Positions 1 to 10,151 of a stretch of 64,000 nt of DNA are shown piece after piece. The stretch lies in the NCBI GenBank assembly GCA_019248485.1, contig JAEHGL010000002.1:1324-65323 (forward strand), read 5' to 3'. The translations under genes were made by a program, and so were the position numbers. The notes beneath the pieces are model-generated. The model was not told where the DNA came from. It saw only the letters and a list, made by a program, of their open reading frames with translations, and ran no database searches. The stretch comes from Candidatus Komeilibacteria bacterium S5_K13 (GTDB taxonomy: Bacteria > Patescibacteriota > Patescibacteriia > UBA1558 > S5-K13). Numbering within the stretch: position 1 is the first letter of the stretch; each line of letters starts with the position of its first letter.

Positions 1-1
1 A

Positions 2-232
2 GAAATATATTTTATTGATAATGTTAAGTTTCATCTGGATGTTGTAAATGGTCTTGGAACTTTTGTGGAGATAGAAGCGATTGATGACAGTGACATTTTT
101 ACAAAAGATGACTTAATAAGGCAATGCAATAAATATTTGCAGATATTTGAAATAAAAGAATCAGACCTACTAGACAATTCTTATAGCGATCAGTTATTGG
201 AGAAATTGAAAAAATATAATAAGCCAAGATAA
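2..232 (+). CDS. CYTH-domain (class IV adenylyl cyclase / triphosphatase-like) protein, C-terminal fragment; 5' end lies outside the window
   Basis: Open frame from position 2 to TAA at 230-232 translating ...VKFHLDVVNGLGTFVEIEAIDD...; the LGTFVEIE motif is typical of the CYTH/CyaB fold. The listed minus ORF 99..281 is judged spurious. Confidence 0.4.
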   Translation, partial: EIYFIDNVKFHLDVVNGLGTFVEIEAIDDSDIFTKDDLIRQCNKYLQIFEIKESDLLDNSYSDQLLEKLKKYNKPR

Positions 233-333
233 CAACTGTGAATAAGTAATTTAAGTCAATAATATGCCTATTATAAGGCATCTTTTCTATATTGCTTTCT
301 TCTGATAGGATTAATATATATAGAATTTTGAAT

Positions 334-381
334 GATGCTCGCCTTGGCGTAGCTGAAGCTCCGCTTCGGCGAAGCCAGGAA
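334..381. repeat. GC-rich hairpin motif gatgctcgccttggcRtag...agccagg (copy 1 of 2)
   Basis: A 15-nt exact match plus a 7-nt match to 19566-19600; cttggc/gccagg can pair around a variable loop; lies ~50 nt upstream of the 429 CDS. Confidence 0.5.
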
Positions 382-428
382 TTTAGAATTTTGAATAAAT
401 GTAGAATTTAGAATTTAGAAATAAATAT

Positions 429-875
429 ATGGAACACTTAATTCAAGGTATAGTTAGAGACGCAGAGCATTTGAAAGACAAATATACAGATCAAAAAGAT
501 ATTCCAGTTAACTATGTTTGTATTTTTTGTCAGTCAGAAAAAGAAGAAATTAATTTTCTAGAAGAAGCTCATAAAATTGGAAAGATAATACAGGAAACAC
601 CATCTGGCTCACTATTTAAAATATCAATAGATACTATTGCGGGCAAGCTACAATTACTAAAAATTAGAAAACCAGATTTATCAAGACCCGAGCGTGGTGA
701 TGCTGATTTCACAGTTTCTGACTATTTTTCTTTTAAAGAGAAGTATTTGAAAGAAACGGGATTTTCACTTACAAAAAGAGAGGGCTTTGAAATGATAGAA
801 TTATATGAAAAAGACAATAATGTAAGAGTGTATTTTTCTTTTCCTCCATTAGATAAACAATTTAATTTAACATAA
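429..875 (+). CDS. hypothetical protein
   Basis: 148-aa ORF abutting the downstream Nudix gene; no recognisable motif. Confidence 0.45.
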   Translation: MEHLIQGIVRDAEHLKDKYTDQKDIPVNYVCIFCQSEKEEINFLEEAHKIGKIIQETPSGSLFKISIDTIAGKLQLLKIRKPDLSRPERGDADFTVSDYFSFKEKYLKETGFSLTKREGFEMIELYEKDNNVRVYFSFPPLDKQFNLT

Positions 876-877
876 TT

Positions 878-1411
878 ATGGAAAGCATAGAGCCACGTTT
901 TGAAAACAAGGAAAAGTTACGAGATGTTACTATAGTATTTTTAGTGAAAAAGATAGAAGAAAAAATAACAGAAGTTTGCTTAGCAATGAAAAAGCGAGGG
1001 TTCGGTGTAAATAGGTGGAATGGACTTGGCGGAAAAGTAGAGAAAGATGAAGAAATTCTTGAGGGAGCTATGCGAGAAACAGAAGAAGAAATAGAAGTAC
1101 AAATAAAACAATCTAACAAGGTAGCAGAAATATCTTTTTATTTTCCGCATAATGAGTTGTGGAATCAAAAAGCTCATGTCTATATTTGTGAAAACTGGGA
1201 TGGTGAGCCAAAAGAGACCGAAGAAATGCGCCCAGACTGGTTTAAGGTCGATGAAATTCCATATAGTGATATGTGGCCAGCAGATAAGTATTGGATTCTA
1301 GAGGTAATGAATGGCAAAATAATAAAAGCAACTTTTGTATTGGGTGAGGGGGATGTGGTAAGGGAAAAGACTGTGGAGGTTGTTGAGTTGAGGGGTTTTA
1401 ATTTTATATAA
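878..1411 (+). CDS. Nudix hydrolase (MutT-like)
   Basis: Nudix box GX5EX7REUXEEXGU present: GGKVEKDEEILEGAMRETEEEIEV. Confidence 0.8.
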   Translation: MESIEPRFENKEKLRDVTIVFLVKKIEEKITEVCLAMKKRGFGVNRWNGLGGKVEKDEEILEGAMRETEEEIEVQIKQSNKVAEISFYFPHNELWNQKAHVYICENWDGEPKETEEMRPDWFKVDEIPYSDMWPADKYWILEVMNGKIIKATFVLGEGDVVREKTVEVVELRGFNFI

Positions 1412-1424
1412 ATAATTAAAAAAT

Positions 1425-1988
1425 ATGAATAATAATGTATTTATTTTCCATGGAACAGAAGGATATCCAGAAGAAAATTGGTTTCCTTGGATGAAAGAAA
1501 AGCTCGAAGAAAAAGGATGCACTGTTTTTGTACCACAATTTCCATCTCCACCAATAGTACCAGCAAAAATTTCAGAATGGTTTGATGTGTTAGATGGACA
1601 TAAGGAGTATATTAATGAAAATACCATAATAATTGGCCATAGTTTGGGAGGTGTTTTCGCTTTGAAGGTATTAGAAAGATTACAGAGCCCCATCAAGGCC
1701 ACATTTTTTGTTGGAACACCTGTTGGAGTAAGACCAATTCTTAATTATGATAGAGATAGTAGTTTTTCGGGGTTTGATTTTAATTGGCAAATTATTAAAA
1801 ACAATGCAAGGCATTTTGATGTGTATCAATCAGACAATGATCCATATGTATCACTTGGAAATGGAGAGCAATTAGCAAAAGAATTGGAAATTGAACTAAC
1901 TTTTATTCCAAATTCAGGGCACTTCAATAAAGCGGCTGGATATTTATCTTTTCCGGATTTATTGAGTAGGGTTGAGAGTGTTTTATAA
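1425..1988 (+). CDS. alpha/beta-fold serine hydrolase (YdeN/RBBP9-like)
   Basis: GHSLGG nucleophile-elbow motif; ~190-aa single-domain hydrolase. Confidence 0.6.
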   Translation: MNNNVFIFHGTEGYPEENWFPWMKEKLEEKGCTVFVPQFPSPPIVPAKISEWFDVLDGHKEYINENTIIIGHSLGGVFALKVLERLQSPIKATFFVGTPVGVRPILNYDRDSSFSGFDFNWQIIKNNARHFDVYQSDNDPYVSLGNGEQLAKELEIELTFIPNSGHFNKAAGYLSFPDLLSRVESVL

Positions 1989-2015
1989 AATAGAATTAAA
2001 TAAACAAATAAAAAT

Positions 2016-2336
2016 ATGGAAAACATGGAAAAAATTGAGACATTAACTCAGTCACAAGAAAAGGGAAAAATATTTGAAAATTACGGTGATTTTTATAAAG
2101 AATATAAAGAATGTTCAGAGCTAAGAAGTCCTATTGTTAGAATTCATAACAAAAAGATAGAAAATTCTTTATTAGTAGATAGTGCGGATAATTTTGTAGA
2201 TTCATATGCTTTTAAAATAACCAATTATTATGCAAATATGAATATAGAAGATGAAAATAGAAAAGTAATAACCGGGTTTGTATTAAAAAATGATACAATT
2301 TCTCAATATCAAATAGAGTTGGTTAAGAGAGAATAG
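2016..2336 (+). CDS. hypothetical protein
   Basis: 106-aa ORF, no motif recognised. Confidence 0.4.
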   Translation: MENMEKIETLTQSQEKGKIFENYGDFYKEYKECSELRSPIVRIHNKKIENSLLVDSADNFVDSYAFKITNYYANMNIEDENRKVITGFVLKNDTISQYQIELVKRE

Positions 2337-2389
2337 TAGAATAATTTGAGCTTTTGTTAATTGAATTAAAATAATATTAGTTATTTATA

Positions 2390-3625
2390 ATGTCTATTAA
2401 TTTAATAAAAAAAGAATTAAATCATTACAAAACATTGCCTCATAGAGCGAGGCTTCTTGTCACAGCATATAATCTTCGTTCAATTGCTCAGCCAATATTG
2501 TCGCTTTTTATAAATGCTTTTATATGGCGCATGACTTCGTCAATTATGCTTGTCCTTGTATATAGTCTGGGATATTTTTTTGCACTGCCTATAGGATTTA
2601 TTGTGAATGGCAAAGTTTTGAGAAAATTTAGTTTAGTACAAACTCATTTTGCAGGAAACATGCTTTCAATTCTTGGGGCAACTGCAGTAATTTTTTTTCA
2701 TAGCTCGTCTGTCATAAATCTATTAATCTTTGGTATGATTTATGGACTTGGAAATGGTATTTATTGGTCAAGTAGAAATTATCTTAGCTATCAAGAAACT
2801 GATTCAGATACAAGAACATATTTTTTTAGCATTGTATCAGCATTAGCCTCAACAATAACTATTATAGTTTCATTTTTAGCTGGCTGGATTATTGCATTTT
2901 CTGATATAAGTAGGCTTTATTCTGCATTTGTGGCCTATGTCTTTGTCAGTGCAATCGCAATAATGTCTTTGTTTGTCTCGGGATTAGTGCTTTCAAAATC
3001 GAATTTTAAAACTCCAAGAATTAAGGGCATTTGGCATCCTTATATTTCAAAAAGATGGAATATTGTAAGGGCGGTAAATTTCTCGATAGGAATATTTGAA
3101 ACAATTGTATCTCTTATTACAACGTTACTTATATTAAACTTCTTAGGTAACGAAGGAATACTTGGTACTATAGGAGCGGTCATTAGCATTCTTACAATTG
3201 TTCTTATGTATTTTTATGGTAGATTTTCAAAAGATAGTCATCGCGAAAAAGTATTTTTTATTATGCTTTTAATCTCAGTTGTGTTGGCTAGTATCCTAGC
3301 TTTTGGAAATAGTAATTTTACAATACTGCTATATGTACTTCTTTCTGGAATGCCACCATCTTTTTATTGGCTTGTTTTTTATCCATGGCAAATGAATATA
3401 ATGGATGAAGAGTTAATAAGTCATGAATCAGATAAATATCCACTAATAGTTGATTGTGAAATTTTCTTAGATTTAGGAAGAATTATTGGCATACTAATAT
3501 TTATGGGACTTATATATATATTTTCAAGCAGTGTTGCTTTACTTATTACACCTCTTGTGTTGGCAGTTTTACAGGTATTATTATTTGCTATAATTTGGAA
3601 AAAGATATCGTGGAAAAAGATATAA
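2390..3625 (+). CDS. polytopic membrane protein, putative MFS-type transporter
   Basis: 411 aa with ~12 hydrophobic segments; no signature strong enough for a firmer call. Confidence 0.4.
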   Translation: MSINLIKKELNHYKTLPHRARLLVTAYNLRSIAQPILSLFINAFIWRMTSSIMLVLVYSLGYFFALPIGFIVNGKVLRKFSLVQTHFAGNMLSILGATAVIFFHSSSVINLLIFGMIYGLGNGIYWSSRNYLSYQETDSDTRTYFFSIVSALASTITIIVSFLAGWIIAFSDISRLYSAFVAYVFVSAIAIMSLFVSGLVLSKSNFKTPRIKGIWHPYISKRWNIVRAVNFSIGIFETIVSLITTLLILNFLGNEGILGTIGAVISILTIVLMYFYGRFSKDSHREKVFFIMLLISVVLASILAFGNSNFTILLYVLLSGMPPSFYWLVFYPWQMNIMDEELISHESDKYPLIVDCEIFLDLGRIIGILIFMGLIYIFSSSVALLITPLVLAVLQVLLFAIIWKKISWKKI

Positions 3626-3646
3626 ATAATTAGTTAAAATAAATTT

Positions 3647-4285
3647 ATGGAAATACCTGCAACATTTGAACAAGGAAAACCGAGTCAAAAACAAATTGAT
3701 ATCTTTTGTAGAGAAGTAATAGAAAAGAATGTGGGGTTGAAAGAAAATATTTTGAAATGTATGCACACTCTTTCAGAAAAAAATGCACCTATGCCAGTAG
3801 TACATATTACATCAAATGCTATACAGATTGGAGAAAACAAAATAGATACAGGTTTTGTAAAAAATATAATGAATAATGGTTTCAAGAAGAAAAACACTAA
3901 TGTCGGCGTATTTTTAGAGGGGTCTCGAAAGAATTTATTAGCTAATCCAAGCTATTTTGAACTACATCCAGAGGAATTTGTAAAAGCAATCAAACTATTT
4001 GTGAAAAGGTATATTCATCATGGTTTTAGGGCAAATAAAAATATTTTAGGTGAACTAAAAAATGATGGCGTTGGTGTCCCAGAAATGATGATTATAGAGG
4101 GTGATTTAGAATTACAACACGGAAGTGATTATGATGATCATTATATATTAAAAGAAGGAGCTTCCCTAGATAAAATTATTGGTAGTATAAATTTAGGCGA
4201 ACATAATAGCGCATCTTCTCTGGAGGATATAGATTACATTGTCAGCAAATTTATTGAGCTGTTATATGGTTATTATACGAAATAA
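3647..4285 (+). CDS. hypothetical protein
   Basis: 212-aa ORF. Confidence 0.4.
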   Translation: MEIPATFEQGKPSQKQIDIFCREVIEKNVGLKENILKCMHTLSEKNAPMPVVHITSNAIQIGENKIDTGFVKNIMNNGFKKKNTNVGVFLEGSRKNLLANPSYFELHPEEFVKAIKLFVKRYIHHGFRANKNILGELKNDGVGVPEMMIIEGDLELQHGSDYDDHYILKEGASLDKIIGSINLGEHNSASSLEDIDYIVSKFIELLYGYYTK

Positions 4286-4325
4286 AAATATGAAAAAATA
4301 TAGATAATTATTTAAAATAAATTTT

Positions 4326-5033
4326 ATGAATTTACAAAACAAAACAATTATAATTACAGGCGCTAGCGATGGACTTGGTAAAGAAATTACATATCGTCTA
4401 GCAAAAGAAAACACTAACTTGGCACTTATTGGAAGAGATGAAGCGCGACTTGAAGCCATTGCACTTGAATCAGAAAAGCTAGGTGCAAAAAAAGTGATGA
4501 CCTATGTTTGTGATATATGTGATAGTGAAATGCTAGAAAAAACTATAAATAATATAATTACTGATTTTGGAAATGTTAACATCTTGATAAATGATGCAGG
4601 GATTTGGCAAAAGCTTATGAAAGCAGAGGAAATTAGTAAAGATGTTGTTGATGAGGTAATTGGCACAAATCTTGTAGCACTTATTAATACTACAAGACTA
4701 TTAATTCCAATATTAAAGAAAAACAAAGAATCAGCAATTATTAATATTGTTTCAAAATCAGGAATAATGGCTCAAGAGGGTCAATCGGTTTATACAGCTT
4801 CCAAATATGGAGTAAGGGGATTTACAGAAGTATTGCAACTAGAGTTAAAAGATACTGGAGTTAGGGTGGCGGGTTTATATCAGGGCGGAGTTGACACAAA
4901 AATGTTTGAAAAAATGGGAGAAGATTTTAAAACAGATGAGTTTACTAGTCCTAAGGACTTAGCAGATGTAGTAGTATATATGTTATCTCAACCAGAAAAG
5001 ATTTGGCTGTATGACGTAAGGGTGGATAGATAA
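4326..5033 (+). CDS. short-chain dehydrogenase/reductase (SDR) family oxidoreductase
   Basis: TGASDGLG Rossmann motif and the YTASK catalytic Y-x3-K. Confidence 0.8.
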   Translation: MNLQNKTIIITGASDGLGKEITYRLAKENTNLALIGRDEARLEAIALESEKLGAKKVMTYVCDICDSEMLEKTINNIITDFGNVNILINDAGIWQKLMKAEEISKDVVDEVIGTNLVALINTTRLLIPILKKNKESAIINIVSKSGIMAQEGQSVYTASKYGVRGFTEVLQLELKDTGVRVAGLYQGGVDTKMFEKMGEDFKTDEFTSPKDLADVVVYMLSQPEKIWLYDVRVDR

Positions 5034-5053
5034 TATTTTTTAATAAATAAAAT

Positions 5054-5995
5054 ATGGGTAAAGCATTAAAAGTAATATTAGTCATAATAATACTTGGATT
5101 AAATTTATATATAATAAAAAATAATATAGGAATTTTGTCATCTAGAATAAATATCAATAGCGCTCCGTGTGAAAAAGTTATTACTTATACACTAGGCTCT
5201 GTTGATGGAAAATTTGGTATATCAAATGATGAATTTTTGTCTGCAATAAATGATGCAGAAAAAATATGGGAAGATGGGATTGGTAGAGACTTGTTTGAAT
5301 ATTCTGAAAATGGAAAATTGAAAATAAATCTTGTTTATGATGTTCGCCAAGAGACAACATCAAAACTTGAAGACTTGGGCCTCGATGTAAAAAATAGTAA
5401 GGCATCATATGATTTAATACAGGCAAAATACAATACGCTTAAATCAGAATATGATAGTGAATTAACAAGTCTTAATACTTCAATAAATAATTTAAAGATT
5501 CAACAAGATAAATATACAAAAGATGTGCAGTATTGGAATTTGAAAGGTGGTGCAACTCCAGATGCTTATAATAGTCTTGAAAAACAAAGACAGTATCTTA
5601 ATTCGCAAAGTAGCTCAATAAATCAAGCACAAAATAATTTGAATGCAAAAGTAGATAACTTAAACGCGTTAGTGTCTACTCTAAATAACATGGCAAAATC
5701 ATTGAACTTGAGTGTCGGTGAGTATAATACTGTGGGTGATAAATTGCCCAGCAGTTTTGAAGATGGTTTGTATGAGTCAAGTTCAGAAGGAGAGCAGAAG
5801 ATTGATATTTATCAGTTTGATGATTATAATGCATTAGTGAGGGTTTTGTCTCATGAGTTGGGGCACGCAATAGGACTAGAGCACTCGCAGAATCAAAATT
5901 CAATAATGTATCCAATAAGCACAGAGTCAAATAGGGTGTTGACGAAAGAAGACATCTTAACATTAAAGGATTTTTGTTCATCTGTAGATAAATAA
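5054..5995 (+). CDS. membrane-anchored metzincin zinc metalloprotease (matrixin-like)
   Basis: HELGHAIGLEH (HExxHxxGxxH) followed by an SIMYP Met-turn; N-terminal TM anchor and a coiled-coil, Q/N-rich middle. Confidence 0.7.
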   Translation: MGKALKVILVIIILGLNLYIIKNNIGILSSRININSAPCEKVITYTLGSVDGKFGISNDEFLSAINDAEKIWEDGIGRDLFEYSENGKLKINLVYDVRQETTSKLEDLGLDVKNSKASYDLIQAKYNTLKSEYDSELTSLNTSINNLKIQQDKYTKDVQYWNLKGGATPDAYNSLEKQRQYLNSQSSSINQAQNNLNAKVDNLNALVSTLNNMAKSLNLSVGEYNTVGDKLPSSFEDGLYESSSEGEQKIDIYQFDDYNALVRVLSHELGHAIGLEHSQNQNSIMYPISTESNRVLTKEDILTLKDFCSSVDK

Positions 5996-6001
5996 TTAAT
6001 A

Positions 6002-6496
6002 ATGAAAACTATGATAGATCAAAAAATTATATCAACAGGCTGTTGTGAGCCATTTAACCCAGAATTATGGGACAACAAAGAAACTCTTTGGCAAGACAAG
6101 CTTTTTGTAAAAGACAGTATTGTTAATTTTTTTCATATCCCAATTAATATTGGAGCAAAGATTGCCAAAAATGCAAGGTTAATTGAAAAGGTGAGTGCAA
6201 ACGCAGAACATCAATTAATGCTTTTTGATGAAAAATCTCTTTTTGGATCTGATATTTATATTGATGTTACAAAAAATGTTCTTGGCGCGCAGATGGCAAA
6301 ATTATCAGGAACATTTCTGACAAAAGTATTTGAGGGCCCATATCAAAATATGGGGAAATGGATACAAGAGATGAAACAATATGTGAAAAGCAAAGACAAG
6401 GAAGTAAAAAAGTTTTATTTTTTCTATACAGCATGTCCAAAATGTGCAAAAGCATATGGAAAGAATTATGTAGTAATTTTTGCACAGATAAAATAA
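6002..6496 (+). CDS. hypothetical Cys-containing protein
   Basis: 164 aa with CCEPF and CPKC motifs; family not recognised. Confidence 0.4.
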   Translation: MKTMIDQKIISTGCCEPFNPELWDNKETLWQDKLFVKDSIVNFFHIPINIGAKIAKNARLIEKVSANAEHQLMLFDEKSLFGSDIYIDVTKNVLGAQMAKLSGTFLTKVFEGPYQNMGKWIQEMKQYVKSKDKEVKKFYFFYTACPKCAKAYGKNYVVIFAQIK

Positions 6497-6519
6497 TTAT
6501 TAATATTAAATAAAAAAAT

Positions 6520-6942
6520 ATGATAGCAAGCTGGGTAATGTATGCATTTGGTTCGGCGGTATGTTTTACCGGTATGACGCTTGTCATAAAAAAGTTGTTT
6601 TTAATGAATGTGCCTCCACTTGTACTTAATATGTTTATATTTGGAATCACATTCACAGGTTTTATTATTTGGAATGTAATCAATAAATCAAAAATACATA
6701 TAGGATTAAGTGTCATACTGTTTTTAGTGCTGGCCTCTGTGTTTGCAGTATTTGGAAATTATTTGGATGTTTCTGCTGTAAAAAATGCCCCTAATCCAGG
6801 ATATGCAGGTGCCCTAAAAGCAACTCAGATCATTTTAATAGCATTACTTGCACCCCTTTTATTTAATTCAAACATTTCGTTATTAAAAATACTTGGTATT
6901 ATATTGGTTTTAATTGGTGCTGCTATAATATCTATTTTTTAA
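6520..6942 (+). CDS. small EamA/DMT-superfamily-like membrane protein
   Basis: 140 aa, 4-5 TM helices, single EamA-like half. Confidence 0.45.
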   Translation: MIASWVMYAFGSAVCFTGMTLVIKKLFLMNVPPLVLNMFIFGITFTGFIIWNVINKSKIHIGLSVILFLVLASVFAVFGNYLDVSAVKNAPNPGYAGALKATQIILIALLAPLLFNSNISLLKILGIILVLIGAAIISIF

Positions 6943-6959
6943 ACTAGTAAAAAATAAAT

Positions 6960-7616
6960 ATGATTAAATATAATATAAAAAAAGAAACCATACCAATATT
7001 GCTTATTGTTTTTGCAATTATTTTTAGTGGAATAACTTATAATTTATTACCAGATAAAGTTGTGAGTCATTGGAATTTTTATGGAACAGCAGATGGCTGG
7101 AGTAGTAAAAATTTTCAAGCAATGTTTTTCCCAGGATTAATATTATTTATGTATATTTTATTTTTGATTTTACCCAGAATTGATCCAAGAAGAGATAGAT
7201 ATAAAGAGTTTGAAAAAGTTTACTCTATTTTTAAACTAGTAATACTTAGTTTTTTCTTTATATTATTTATAGCAACTACTCTATATAATTTGGGCTATAA
7301 CATGAATATTGGAAAGTTAATAAGTTTCCTTGTCGGAGTTATGATGATAGTTTTGGGCAATTATATGGATAAAATAAAAAGAAATTGGTTTGTCGGAATA
7401 AAAAATCCATGGACACTATCATCAGAAAGTGTTTGGAACAAGACGCATAGATTCGCTAAGTGGGTTTTCATGATTTTTGGTATATGTATAATTACTGCTC
7501 CATACCTATCAATTTTTTATGGCACAGGATTATTTATACTTGGTATTTTTCTTACTGTGTTTGGAACGATGATTTATTCTTATATTATTTATAAAAAAGA
7601 AAGAAAAAATATCTAA
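6960..7616 (+). CDS. SdpI/YhfL family membrane protein
   Basis: DUF1648-like N-terminus (YNLLPDKVVSHWNFYGTADGWSSKN) and SdpI core (GNYMDKIKRNWFVGIKNPWTLSSESVWNKTHRF). Confidence 0.65.
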   Translation: MIKYNIKKETIPILLIVFAIIFSGITYNLLPDKVVSHWNFYGTADGWSSKNFQAMFFPGLILFMYILFLILPRIDPRRDRYKEFEKVYSIFKLVILSFFFILFIATTLYNLGYNMNIGKLISFLVGVMMIVLGNYMDKIKRNWFVGIKNPWTLSSESVWNKTHRFAKWVFMIFGICIITAPYLSIFYGTGLFILGIFLTVFGTMIYSYIIYKKERKNI

Positions 7617-7647
7617 AGATAGCTTATTTATAATTAAGTTAATTTAT

Positions 7648-8640
7648 ATGGTACTTTCATCTTATAACAAATTAAATTTATTTATTAAAAGGCATTTTTT
7701 CTCATTGCTTCCATTTTTGACATTTAGAAAAGCTATCAATGTTTTTTTATCATTTATTGAAACGAACTTTAGAAAGGAGCGATGTATTTCAAGACCATTT
7801 ATTTATAGAATTGATCCTTGTTCAGCATGTAATCTAAGATGTTCATCTTGTGAGTCTTGGCAAACTGATACAAAAGAAAAAAGAATAATGAGCTTAGAGG
7901 ACTTCAAAAGTATTATAGATAAAATAAAAAAATATGCACTTAGGGTATCATTGTACGATATGGGCGAGCCACTGCTAAACAAAGATATATATGAAATGAT
8001 ATCTTATGCAACTAAGAACAATATAAGCACTCTTATTAGCACAAATTTTAATCTTTTTAAAAAAGAAGACATTTCAAAATTATTTGACTCAGGTCTTACA
8101 GTATTAGAGCCATGTTTGGACGGATTTTCACAAGAAAAATACTCTCAATATAGACAGGGTGGAAATGTGGAAATAGTAAAACAAGGTTTGATAGATATAA
8201 TGGAATATAAGATAAAAAATAAAAAGAAATATCCTATTGTAGATGTTCAAGTAGTAGCATTTGATCATATAAAAGATGAATTGAAACAAATTGATTCTTT
8301 TTTAAAGAGGATAAAGGTAGATAGAGTTACTTATAGACAAGAAAATTTGGGATATGATGTTAAAGATGAGGTAGCCAAAAAGAAGATATTTAAGCGAACC
8401 TGTTTTTGGTTGTATTTGGGCTGTATGATAAGGCCAGACGGAAGTCTTTATCCATGTTGTGGAAGAGACTTTGATAGATTTTCATATGGGAATATATTAA
8501 ATCAAGAGTTGAGAGATATTTGGAACAACAAATATTACAAGCTTTCAAGAAATTTTTTCTCTAAGAAAAAAAAATCTCTCAGCGAAGAAGATTTGAAAAA
8601 AATACCGTGCATTACTTGCGACGTGTTTGTGAGAAAGTAA
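7648..8640 (+). CDS. radical SAM enzyme with C-terminal Cys-rich (SPASM/twitch-like) domain
   Basis: CNLRCSSC (Cx3Cx2C) at ~residue 60; C-terminal cysteines C-x6-C-x10-CC then CITC. Confidence 0.75.
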   Translation: MVLSSYNKLNLFIKRHFFSLLPFLTFRKAINVFLSFIETNFRKERCISRPFIYRIDPCSACNLRCSSCESWQTDTKEKRIMSLEDFKSIIDKIKKYALRVSLYDMGEPLLNKDIYEMISYATKNNISTLISTNFNLFKKEDISKLFDSGLTVLEPCLDGFSQEKYSQYRQGGNVEIVKQGLIDIMEYKIKNKKKYPIVDVQVVAFDHIKDELKQIDSFLKRIKVDRVTYRQENLGYDVKDEVAKKKIFKRTCFWLYLGCMIRPDGSLYPCCGRDFDRFSYGNILNQELRDIWNNKYYKLSRNFFSKKKKSLSEEDLKKIPCITCDVFVRK

Positions 8641-8762
8641 ATTTATTAAGGGGCTTTTTGAAAAATAGAGGCCTTTTTGCCTCTCTATTGTACGCATTGA
8701 CAAATAACTTTTAATGTGGTTGTATTAAGATATCTTTGAAAATATAATCTTTGGAGGAAAAA

Positions 8763-10094
8763 ATGAAAAAGATATTATTATTCCTGATCTGCATAATGTT
8801 TTTTGCATCATTGGTCGTGGCGCAAACAACTTATGATTCTGATTTTGTCTGTCTGGATTCAGCAGATGGAATAACTTTTTGGGGAGTTACTGATTCTACT
8901 GATGTAAAATTATTAAAATTTACATTGGTGGTAGATGTAATATTTATTTTAGAATCTATTGATTTGGCAGATACCCTTATTTATAAACAGGTGGTGGTAT
9001 TTAGTGAAGAAAGAGTTGGGATTAGTACCGAAACTAATACATATGTTTATTATGATGGTTATCAAATCCCCGACTTTGCTTATTGTAATCTTTCTCCCGT
9101 TTATTATAATCTCAGTACACCGATTAGAGAAATCAAAAAATGTGATAGTAGCTCTATGTATGTTTTGTATTCTTCTGGAGTTATTGAACTCGCCTTTTAT
9201 GACTTCCGAACGAGGAATCAGTTTTGCAGTCAGAATAATACAGTAGTAACAATAAGTTGTTTTGATATCCGTTTAGGGGCGCCAATTCAATTAATATGTG
9301 GCGGGTATGAAGTTTTGAATAATGATATGGCAGGCCAGATTTCTATTTTTGATGAGCTTCAATATTATTCAGTGCCAATTATATCTTGTGCATATGGACA
9401 ATACTCAGAGATAAGCAAGGTTATCAATGATGAGTCCGGTGTCTTTTTCATTGCAAAAGAAAATATGGCTCCACCATATGGTTGGGGAGCATTTAGTCTT
9501 ATCAAAATAAATCAGAGTACTAATTTTAGCGAAGAGTTATTGGTTCAGATGCCTACACATTATTTTGCTCCAATGTTTTTGGTAAAAAATGGAAACTCTA
9601 TATATTTTGCTATGGGCACTGCAGTTGCCAGATATGATCTAGATACCACTGGCATGGGTTGGCAATCTGTATTGAATACTCCATACGGAGATATTGCAAA
9701 AAACATGTTTATTGCTGGGAATAAATTAATAGCGTCATTTGAACACTCCAGTGACTATGGATATTTTGTTGTATTAGATATTCAAGGTGTATCTATCGAT
9801 GACAATACAATAGCCTCACCAGAGATTGTTATGAGCAATTATCCAAACCCATTTCGTGGGGAAACCAAAATTTCGTTTTCACTTCCTAAGACTGAAGACG
9901 TGAAATTAGAGATTTACAATATCAAGGGTCAATTGGTGAGGACCTTAATTAACGGTCAGAAGTCTGCCGGTGCCAACAATGTCGTCTGGGATGGAAGCGA
10001 TGATAATGGAAACGAGGTTACCAAGGGTGTTTATTTTTATAAGATAAGGTGTGGTAGCTATTCAGTTACCAAAAAAATGATCTTTATGAAATAA
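8763..10094 (+). CDS. secreted Cys-rich protein with T9SS-type C-terminal sorting domain
   Basis: Signal peptide (MKKILLFLICIMFFASLVVAQ). The C-terminal ~85 aa, NYPNPFRGETKISFSLPKTEDVKLEIYNIKGQLVRTL...WDGSDDNGNEVTKGVYFYKIRCGS..TKKMIFMK, match the Por_Secre_tail/TIGR04183 pattern. Start moved to 8763 because GGAGG lies inside the listed 8751 start. Confidence 0.7.
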   Translation: MKKILLFLICIMFFASLVVAQTTYDSDFVCLDSADGITFWGVTDSTDVKLLKFTLVVDVIFILESIDLADTLIYKQVVVFSEERVGISTETNTYVYYDGYQIPDFAYCNLSPVYYNLSTPIREIKKCDSSSMYVLYSSGVIELAFYDFRTRNQFCSQNNTVVTISCFDIRLGAPIQLICGGYEVLNNDMAGQISIFDELQYYSVPIISCAYGQYSEISKVINDESGVFFIAKENMAPPYGWGAFSLIKINQSTNFSEELLVQMPTHYFAPMFLVKNGNSIYFAMGTAVARYDLDTTGMGWQSVLNTPYGDIAKNMFIAGNKLIASFEHSSDYGYFVVLDIQGVSIDDNTIASPEIVMSNYPNPFRGETKISFSLPKTEDVKLEIYNIKGQLVRTLINGQKSAGANNVVWDGSDDNGNEVTKGVYFYKIRCGSYSVTKKMIFMK

Positions 10095-10151
10095 AAAGTA
10101 TAAGCCGAGCGTAGGAATCTACACTCGGTTTTTTTTGTATGTATTTTCAGA